Assembly (NCBI GenBank): GCA_000934665.2
Contig: KZ538855.1
Coordinates: 1 to 47,921, forward strand
DNA: 47,921 nucleotides
Origin: Catajapyx aquilonaris
Taxonomy: Eukaryota
Direction: 5' to 3'
In this document: piece by piece, positions 11,241-20,324 of the stretch
How positions within the stretch are numbered: position 1 is the stretch's first letter
How the letters are laid out: each line of letters opens with the position of its first letter
Notes under the pieces: model-generated
The model's database searches: none
Seen by the model: the letters and a program-made list of their open reading frames with translations, nothing else
What the model was told of the DNA's origin: nothing
Program-made: the position numbers and the translations under genes

Positions 11241-12609
11241 ATGGACATTGAAGATGATACGGTATGCCATGGTACTTGCGGCATAATGATTGTCATACGC
11301 GTACTTGCAGTGTAAAGCCCAGTTTACATGCGAGCGATTATCAGCGATAATGCAGTGCCCGCTGAGCGATGCCAGGGTGACAATATATTGTTAACACTTT
11401 CCCTCCGTTACTTTCGTTAGATCACTGATCAAATCGCTCGCATGTAAACGCAACTTTATGATTACGCTTGCAGTGAAAGGATTGCAAGAAGGATCGTCAT
11501 GAGCGCACTTGCAGTGAAATTGTCATACGTGCACATGAAATGAAATTATGCCATTCATGCCATACATTGCAGTATAATTATTATGCCATCTTTTTCAGGC
11601 TGGCAATGGTGGTTTGCCGGATGAAATGCTGCTGAAGATATTCTCGCACCTGTCCCAAGATGACCTGCACAGCGTGTTCTCGGTGTGCAGACAATGGGGG
11701 AGAGTGGCCCAAGATCCGATGCTGTGGGAGACGACGCGGGTCGACATTAACAAGATGGGCGAGGAGAGAGCGCTGAGTCTGGTGCAGACCGTGGCGCCAC
11801 ACATCCGTCACCTGACGCTTGTTAGTTGGTCCAGGATCACCTGCGACGCAATTCTTGATGCGGCAACCGATATAGTGAGTCTCAAGATGATGGGCGTCAC
11901 GGTCAAGAAGGATCGAAGTCTCGCCGATCTTATTTCAAGAAGCGATCACCTGAAGGACGTCCACATTCGCCGATGCCAGTTCCCTCTCTGGAAAAAGAAC
12001 CTGGTGAACCTCTTTGTCGACTGCACACACCTGGAGAACTTCACGCTGATCAACGGTGGGTTCTACTATTCGCCGGACATATGTTTGCAGGCGGCGTGTG
12101 AAAACCTCCAGAGTGTGACTGTACACCATGACGGGCACCCAGGTGAAATGGAGATGCTGCTGTTCTCCTCATGTTCCATGGACCACATGCGACGCATATC
12201 CATTAGTCTTGATCGCTACGCTTCCTTTGCTCATCTCCGCGATCATTTCCCGAATCTGCAAACCCTGGACCTCACCCGCAGCCGCATATCTGACAACGGG
12301 CTCGTAGAATGCATCGGCGGGTTGTTACATCTGCGCCATCTGTCCATTCATCTCTCTGGCGAATATCCGACTCCAAATGCGATCAAGACCTTCTTCTCGT
12401 TGTCCCACATCCATCTGCAGTTGGAGACACTCAAGCTGAGCGACCTTACCCAAATGGACGATGCCTGCCTGGATGTCATCGCCAACTGCGTGTCACTCCA
12501 GGAGATTGTGCTCATCAGATGCGATGAAATCACCCAGTCCGGACTGGACGTACTGAAAAGTCACGTGCCCAAAGTGACGGCAGTCCAATGCCAAGGAATT
12601 CAACCGTAA
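11241..12609 (+). CDS. F-box/LRR protein, paralog A (~343 aa); exons 11241-11261, 11599-12609
   Basis: Mini-exon MDIEDDT|gtatgc joins in phase 0 to AGNGGLPDEMLLKIFSHL...VCRQWGRVAQDPMLW (F-box). LRRs include FPNLQTLDLTRSRISDNGL and LQEIVLIRCDEITQSGL. An in-frame upstream ATG at 11226 is also possible. Confidence 0.9.
11313..11458. mobile_element. MITE (possibly PIF/Harbinger-like) in the coding intron of F-box paralog A
   Basis: TIRs TAAAGCCCAGTTTACATGCGAGCGATT ... AATCGCTCGCATGTAAACGCAACTTTA. Related copies at 12783-12918 and 29529-29679. Confidence 0.7.
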
Positions 12610-12782
12610 CCGTTTAAGGATTTGCTACGTGCTCATTTTATGCCAGTGCAGTGGAGTGATTTTTAAAACTCTCGGACAGAAAGGCACAACAAATTTGGGT
12701 CGCCACTCATAAACTGATATTTATGCTGGTTTAAATGTATTACATTAAAATTGTAGAAATGAGGCGGAAATTTTTCCCCCCG

Positions 12783-12918
12783 TAAGTCGCATTGACATGC
12801 GAACGATTTACATCGCTGAGCGAAATTAACAACGGTGGTAATAATAATAGCCCCAAACAATGGTCTCATCTCATCGCTGCAACATCGCTGATAAATCGCT
12901 CGCATGTAAACGTGGTTT
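12783..12918. mobile_element. MITE, same family as 11313-11458
   Basis: ACATGCGAACGATTT ... AAATCGCTCGCATGTAAACG inverted ends; internal CATCGCTGCAACATCG shared with the 29529 copy. Confidence 0.65.
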
Positions 12919-13501
12919 TGGAGTTCACCAATAGTGTGGCAGTGTCCATAGTATTCTTTGTAAGATGTTTCCATATTTTGTAGGCCTAATTTGCGGAACT
13001 TTTTTTTTTCAAATATGAAAATCATGGGAGAGGAGTGAAAAAGCCGCACTTAAACTTAGGAAGTATTATTTGGTTGATGGCATGTAAAAAGACAAGACTC
13101 GTTTGAATCATTGAATGTACGTATTTATAATGGTGTTCGTAAATATTTGTAGTGTAAATGTGAATAGTAGCGAAAGAGAGGACCAAGAAGGGCTTAAGTG
13201 GGAAAAAAAAGACAAGTTTAAATTGATGTCAATAAAGGTTGTGTAATTAAACTGGTGTAATTATTCGCACACGTAGGTTATTTTTTTTTGTGGGGAAAAA
13301 AATATGCGAGGAAAAGCTGTTTAATTATTAAACGACCACAATTTCTACTGAGTTCCATTTCTTCCGAAGATATCCAGCGTAAGAAAAATCACTCCATACA
13401 AGGTAATATTTGTCTTATTATTTCAAGTGACTGTAATTAAAGTGGTATTATGCACACCATATCCTTACACTTTAATTTGCTCATGTAGAGCTTTTAACGG
13501 C

Positions 13502-13962
13502 TTTTAAATTAAATCAAAGCCAAGAACTTTTCCTCCTTGAAATTAAATTGAATTAAAGCCAAGTAATTTCCATCAAAATTAAATTAAATTAAAGTACTTG
13601 ACCTCCTTAAAATCAAATCAAAGCCAAGTACTTTTCCTCAAAATTAAATTAAAGTACTTTACCTCCTTAAAATCAAATCAAAGCCAAGTACTTTCCCTCA
13701 AAATTAAATCAAATTAAAGTACTTTACCTCCTTAAAATCAAATCAAAGCCACGTACTTTCCCTCAAAATTAAATTAAATTACTTTACCTCCTCAAAATCA
13801 AATCAAATCCAAGTACTTTTCCTCAAAATTAAATTAAATGAAAGTACTTTACCTGCTTAAAATTAAATCAAAGCCAAGTACTTTTCCTCAAAATTAAATT
13901 AAATGAAAGTACTTTACCTCCTTAAAATGAAATTAAAGCCAAGTACTTTTTCTCCTTAAAAT
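13502..13962. repeat. AT-rich minisatellite, ~60-65-bp unit, ~7 copies
   Basis: Unit TTAAAATCAAATCAAAGCCAAGTACTTTTCCTCAAAATTAAATTAAAGTACTTTACCTCC repeated in tandem. Confidence 0.92.
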
Positions 13963-14515
13963 AACTGCAAAAAAATAATGTTGTAGTCGGATTTTGAATT
14001 CGCGCAAATGATACAACCGACGAACTACCACCAATCATTTCGTATTTGCAATTAAATTAAATTAAATTAAACAGGCACCGCCGTCATCTGACCTTACATT
14101 TGCAATTTCAATGAAATTGAATCAATTTATTATCTACATCAAATGTTAATCACTAGTAATTCATATGTTACTGCACGGGTATCACGGCTGCATGTAGGCT
14201 AAATAGCGGTAAATAGTGTGTACTTATTGCAGCTTGTTCATTACTGTAATTACAATATCATTGTGATTAGTTTTTTTTTGCATAATTTTTACACATTGAA
14301 TCAATGGATTATTGTCCGCAGTGATGTACTTGCATGGCTTTGTACTGTTGTTGTAGCTCTTTGTACATTGTAATTGGGCATTGCTGCATACTAGTACCTG
14401 CTAGTACGTATGACATGCAGTCACCAGGCATAGTCATACACAACACGTACTGATAGATTGCTTCCACAGATTAGCTGGTTGACGACACCGAGAAAATACG
14501 TCCGCAGTCGCCACG

Positions 14516-15649
14516 ATGGACATTGAAGATGATAGGGTAAGTGCAACTGCAGTGTAATTATGCTGTACGTTCACTTGGGGTCTTTTTCAGGCTGCCATTG
14601 GCGATTTGCCGGATGAAATCCTGATGAAGATATTCTCGCACCTGTCCCAAGATGACCTGCACAGCCGCGTGTTCTTCGTGTGCAGACGATGGGGGCGGGT
14701 GGCCCACGACCCAACGCTATGGGAGACGACGCGGGTCGACATTAACAAGATGGGCGAGGAGAGAGCGCTGAGTCTAGTACAGACCATGGCGCCGCACATC
14801 CGTAACCTGAAGCTCGTTAGTTGGTCCAGGATCACATGCGATGCAATTCTTGAGGCTGTGACCGATATAGTGAGTCTCAAGATGATGGGCGTGACGGTCC
14901 AGAAGATTAAAAGTCTCGCAGGTCTTATTTCCCGAAGCGAGCACCTGAAGGATGTGCATATACGCCGATGCTGGTTTCTACGTTTCGAGAAGAACCTAGT
15001 TGACATCTTCGTCTATTGCGCACACCTGGAGAGATTCACGTTGAGCAACAGTAGCGTCTACTATCTGCCAGACAGAAGTTTGCAGCCATCGTGGCGAAAC
15101 CTCCAGAGTGTGAGCCTCAACCATGACGGCCAGCCTGGGGAACTGGAGCTGGGACTCTTCGCCTCGTGTTCAATGGAACACATGCGACACCTCTCCATTA
15201 GCCTTAATCGCTACACTTCCTTTGATCTTGTCGCTAAGAACTTAAAGAATCTGGAAACTCTGGACCTCATCCGCAGCCGCATCTCTGACACTGAGCTCGT
15301 AGAATGCATCGGCAGGTTGTTGCATCTGCGTCATCTGTCCTTTCATCTCTCGGGCGAACATCCGACTGCAAATGCGATTAAGACCTTCTTCTCATTGTCC
15401 CACATCCATCTGCAGGTGGAGACACTCAAGCTGAGTGGCGTTACCCATCTGGACGATTCCTGCCTGGATGTCATCGCCAACTGCGTGTCACTCCAGGAGG
15501 TCGTGCTCACCAGATGTGATGAGATCACTCAGTCCGGACTGAACTTACTGAAAAGACACGTGCCCAAAGTGACGGCTAGCCAATGCCAAGGAATTCCCTG
15601 TGTTGACCAGCATAGCAGTGTCAGGCATGGTCAGGAGTTTTATGTGTAA
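14516..15649 (+). CDS. F-box/LRR protein, paralog B (~359 aa); exons 14516-14536, 14591-15649
   Basis: Mini-exon MDIEDDR|gtaagt, a 54-nt intron, then AAIGDLPDEILMKIFSHL. Collinear with and highly similar to paralog A. Confidence 0.9.
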
Positions 15650-16401
15650 AATTTTTGAAGCGCTTCAAATCATACTACTAATACCCTTATTCTGTTTGTC
15701 TGCTTATATGTCCATGTTGACTCATCGCCTAGGTAGTAGTTACCATAGTTTTCACTTTTACCGTTCAACAATTAGAGGACATACCGGTCCGAGAGGGTGG
15801 GACCCACTTCAATGGAGGCCCTGGTGGACTTTGTCCGCGGTGCGACTCATCACCAACGTGCATGTTGTACTATCTCCCGAAGCACAGCAGTAGTGTGCAG
15901 ACGTCCAAGTTGGCGGGCGGGCCAAGCAGTGGTGCCAAAATTTGGCAACGAGTCCGCTGCTAGTTTGAAAATAATCCGTACATAAACCTAGTTGAAGGCA
16001 TATAAAAGAAGGACTTGGTCGAATGTATTTATTATTATGTTCCTAATTATAGGTAGTGTAAATGTGAATTGTCGCAAAAGAGGGGATCAGCTGAAGTGAA
16101 GAAAAAAAATAATGTCAATAAAGGTACCGGTTATATGTAATGATGGTGTCGTAATTATTCGCAAACTTGTCGGTTTTTTGTGTGGGGAAAAAAATGTGAG
16201 CGTGTGCTGCTAAATAATTTTTTAATGACTGCAATTTCTACAGTTTTCAATTAAGAATCTTTCCAAGATGTCAAATCACTCCGTACGTACAAGGTAAGAT
16301 TTGTCTAATTTTTGTCAAATTATTTCAAGTGACGATAATGAACTGAGAAGGCATTATAAATATGCACAACATTTTACACTTCAACTTCAAATGTAGCGCA
16401 T

Positions 16402-16598
16402 TTAAATTAAATCCAAGTACTTTTCCTCCCTTAAAATTAAATTAAATCAAAGCCACGTACTTTTCGTCCCTTAAAATTTAATCAAATCAAATCCAATTAC
16501 TTTTCCTCCCTTAAAATTAAATTAGATCAAAGCCAAGTACTTTTCCTCCCTTAAAATTAAACTAAATCAAAGCCAAGTACTTTTCCTCCCTTAAAATA
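16402..16598. repeat. AT-rich minisatellite, 40-bp unit, ~5 copies, related to 13502-13962
   Basis: TTAAAATTAAATTAAATCAAAGCCAAGTACTTTTCCTCCC recurs at 40-bp period (16431, 16471, 16511, 16551, 16591). Confidence 0.92.
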
Positions 16599-17209
16599 AT
16601 TGCAATGAAATAATTTTGGAGCCATTCGTTCAAATGATACAACCGACAAACTAACCATCAATCGTTATTCGTACTTGCAATTAGATTAATGTAATTTAAC
16701 AATCACCGCCATGATATGACCTCCCATTAAAAATGATAATGGCACTGAATCCAGTTAACTGGTTTCAAATCTAATCACAATTAATCTATATTCCGCGAGG
16801 GAATTCCCCACGATTCAAACACAGCATGTTGATAGGGAAAGCTCGCGTTTTTTTTGCGAGACTTTTTGTTGTTATTATTTGCACGCTGTTTTTTTTGCAC
16901 TGATACACTCATTGCCGGTATCGCCTTGCATGCCAGTTGTTGAAGCCGGCAGCTAATGCGGAGAAATTGTCATTATCTCAGTGCACATTGGTCATAAACT
17001 CTCCAAGGACACACGTCTAAGACAAAGACCAACAGGCCACTGAATCAGAAAGAATTGAAGTTAAAAACAGGTAAGGTAAAACACGTGTTGTCAATTAGCC
17101 TGAAATGTACACCGATGTACACAGGTACTTGTATGACCTGGTTATGAACCAGCAGTACGCATTAATAGTTGAGATAAATTGCCGGGTTATGCAGCCTTGA
17201 CTTGTGTAC

Positions 17210-17735
17210 AATGTATGTAAATAGTGTGTACTCATTGCATAGTTGGCCATAACAACAACTCTAATTGCAAATAGAATTTGTGAATAATTTTTGCACGTTC
17301 AATCATTAATAATGTCAATTGCCCGTAAGTATATGTACCGGTATACCGATTGTATGTGTACATAAATTGCAGTTTGTCCATTATTACCATAACATTAATG
17401 GCAACTTAGCATTTTGTGCACAATTTCTGCACCAATTAATAATTGCAAATTATGTCGACAGGTTTAGTGACATACCGATGTGCGAGACAGATGCATGTAA
17501 ATAGTGTGCATTTATTGCAGTTTATTACGTGTAACATATAATGACGACTCGATTTGTAATTAGCATTTCGTGCATAAATTTGGCACAACTTTAGCGCAAG
17601 TGTGCAGGTTATTATGAAGCCAGCCGTATGTAAATATAGTGTGTTACTTATTCCAAGTTTGTCATTACTGTAACATAATGACAACTTCAATTGTGATTAG
17701 CAGTTTGCGCATAAATTTTTGCATGTTGAATAAAT
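17210..17735. repeat. Degenerate ~138-bp tandem repeat, 4 copies, upstream of membrane gene 1
   Basis: Recurring GTATGTAAATAGTGTG...ATTGCAGTT...TAGCA..TTGTGCATAA.TTTTGCAC units starting near 17213, 17352, 17493 and 17626. Confidence 0.65.
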
Positions 17736-17781
17736 TGTCAGTTGTCCACAGGGGATGTTTCGGTGTTTTCCCAGCCCGAGT

Positions 17782-18578
17782 ATGACACTGGCTCTTCTTA
17801 TGCTGGTGGTTTGCAGCGTGAGTGCGGACATGTCCGTGTTCAACTACACGCTTGGCGGCGATGACGACGATGACAATTACAAAGGTGGCGGCGAAGGAGG
17901 TAATTTCTGCGGAGGGCGTGCCTACCACTGCGGCAAAGGCGACTGGCAATGTTGCGGTCCTCAGGCTCGGATATGCTGCGGACCTGGACCCGACTTTGTG
18001 TGCTGCTACGGCAACACGGCCTGTTGCTTCCAGAGCGGTGGGGAGGATGCGAAGACCATGTCGTGGCGTGAGTACAATTGCCGGATGGTCGAAGGCGTTG
18101 TGTTCTGACTTGTATTGTTACAGTGATATGGGCATTTTCGGCTGCTGTGGCATTCATTATACTGAGTTGCTGCTGCGTGTTCTGCTGTGTATGTATGAGA
18201 CGCAAGCGAGGTGGTGGGATTGGAGGCGGAGGCGACGGAGGAGACACCACCACATACCAGCCACCATCTGGATCTCACAGTCAGGTGCCGCCTAACCAAC
18301 CGTATGGGTCGGTCAACCACGACGCTCCTGAGTTCAACAAGGAACACACGGGCGATGGAGGGGACGACATGCGCCCGAAAAGATTGGCCTTGCCGGCTCC
18401 GGATGCTCCGCCACCTCCATACAACGTAAGCCAACTACTGCAGTCTCATTGAAGGAGTACTCATCATGAATATTGCTGTTGCTAACATTTTCAGGATGGT
18501 GGGCATGCTCCGCTCTATCCGCAGAACCTGTCGGAGCAGGAACCGCTGCTGAACCGGCAGATGAATTTTTACCGCTAG
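17782..18578 (+). CDS. Small type-I membrane protein with 10-Cys ectodomain and PPxY tail (Shisa-like/VOPP1/WBP1-like architecture), ~223 aa; exons 17782-18067, 18124-18425, 18495-18578
   Basis: Signal peptide MTLALLMLVVCSVSA; ectodomain C-x6-C-x6-CC-x6-CC-x7-CC-x5-CC; TM LIWAFSAAVAFIILS followed by CCCVFCCVC and RRKR; tail APPPPYN, PLYP, EQEPLL. Two GT-AG introns (56 and 69 nt) reconcile the two overlapping ORFs. An alternative start at 17755 is possible. Confidence 0.82.
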
Positions 18579-19585
18579 TTCGACACTGTATCCTCCAGTC
18601 AGCTGAAATAAGTGTAACTCAGTCACCATTTTCATTGTCTTGCTTCACTTTTTGAGGCAGTTGAAGCATGACATGTTTTTTAAAACTGTATGACCCCCGT
18701 CCTGCCTCGTTACTTTTTCCCTCATCCCCATCTCTTCTTGTATGAATATTTTGATAGCTCTGTTGACCTTTTGTGTAGATTTGTAATATTTGCAGCCACA
18801 TTTTGAAAAGACGTGAGATCCCGCAGTTGTCCCAAGTTATCCCGATTCATAATGAGATACCAATACTTTGGTTGTGAAATTAACGTCTAATAGCGAAAAG
18901 TGTATTGCGCAATGCAAAAATGTACTGACATGTATTATGCTGTTGTGTGTTGAACCTTAGTTTGGCTAAACGTTTGCATGCAATTGGGCTGTGAATTGTA
19001 ATAACATTGGTGTGCATGCGTATCCAATAATGCCAGACTTTATACGGCTGTGGATGGGAGCACTTGAAGGACAACTCGTATGATTCATGTTTGTTCATGA
19101 ATTTGTTGTGCATATTTCATGTAAAACAAGGCAATAAACAATGATTATTCAGACAATATTTTCCAGGGAATCTTTGGCTTTCCTTGAAGATTTTTGTTTA
19201 GCTTGCGGCTCTATTGACATACAGGATCCTTGATCCCAGCTTAGAGAGTGAATAAGCACTGATAAAATGATAACGTTTCCTGGAAGTGCAACCACGACGG
19301 ATACTTGCGGTTGAATATTCAGCTTCATGTGATCCTTACAGATATTAATTTGCAAATATGACACATCATTATTACAAATAGGTCAAATTTAGAAACCAAT
19401 TCGACCCCGATCTATGTAGTCGTTATCATACGAGTCCGTATGCTCAACGATACCTTCACTGATATAAAAGGTGGGATCGGTTGGGATTCCCCGGAAATAA
19501 ATATGATATTGCCATTGGCTGATAATTATCTTCTGTTTATGATGGACAAACGAACTCTTTTTTTCCAGTAACATAACCTTAAGCC

Positions 19586-20324
19586 ATGGCCATGATTGTA
19601 CTGCTTCTTGTGATCCTGTTTTGCGCATGCCAAGCCCAAACCGTTTCCAACTCGACCATCGACAAAGGTCAAGGTGGAAATTTTTGTGGTGGTCGAGCAT
19701 ACCAATGTGGAGAAGGGGACTGGCGGTGCTGCGGGCCTGGAAACAGGATATGTTGCGGCCCAGGACCTGATTTCAGATGCTGTTACGACAACAATGCCTG
19801 CTGCTTCATCGGAGGAGGAACGTCTCAAATTTCCTGGTGTAAGTAATAATTACGAGGAATTACGGCATCAAAGAATTAATGAGTTTATACCATCTCTAGT
19901 GGTCTGGGCCCTTTCGGCAGCTCTTGCCGTTATAGTCTTGAGCTGCTGTTGCGGATGCTGCATCATATACAGAAGATGCAAACGTGGTGGTGAACATCAG
20001 GGCGGAGGTGAAGATGGTGATGGCAGTGTCACCAATTCTCCGATAGTCACACACCCTGACATATCGTCCATTAATTGCGACGTCCATTAATTGCGACGTC
20101 CCCAACACAGCTCTACACGACTCCGGAGAGGACAGGACAGGAATGCAGCCCAAGAGGCTGTCCTTGCCGCCTTACGAACCACCACGAAATTTTGACGATG
20201 TAAGTCACATTTTATATTACACGATCGTAACAACATGATCTGTCGTTTAGCCACGGATGTTGACAACTAATGGTAATGTACTTTTCAGTATGACGGCGAA
20301 CATCGCAGACTCTTAAGGGCATAA
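19586..20324 (+). CDS. Paralog of the 10-Cys membrane protein; exons 19586-19838, 19900-20199, 20289-20324; as assembled, truncated at 20090 (147 aa instead of ~190 aa)
   Basis: Same signal peptide, Cys pattern, TM and intron positions as 17782-18578. A 16-bp duplication (20065-20096) shifts the frame into TAA at 20088-20090. Downstream sequence still encodes the homologous tail MQPKRLSLPPYEPP...YDGEHRRLLRA*. Confidence 0.78.

Noticed and set aside
13502..13962. Regularly spaced repeats superficially like a CRISPR array
   Set aside because: No unique spacers (the whole unit repeats), no cas genes and a eukaryotic context; it is a minisatellite.
18061..18130. Apparent frameshift between overlapping ORFs 17755-18108 and 18078-18452 (and 19586-19846 / 19674-20090)
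   Set aside because: Explained by short phase-1 GT-AG introns at the same position in both paralogs; no recoding is needed.
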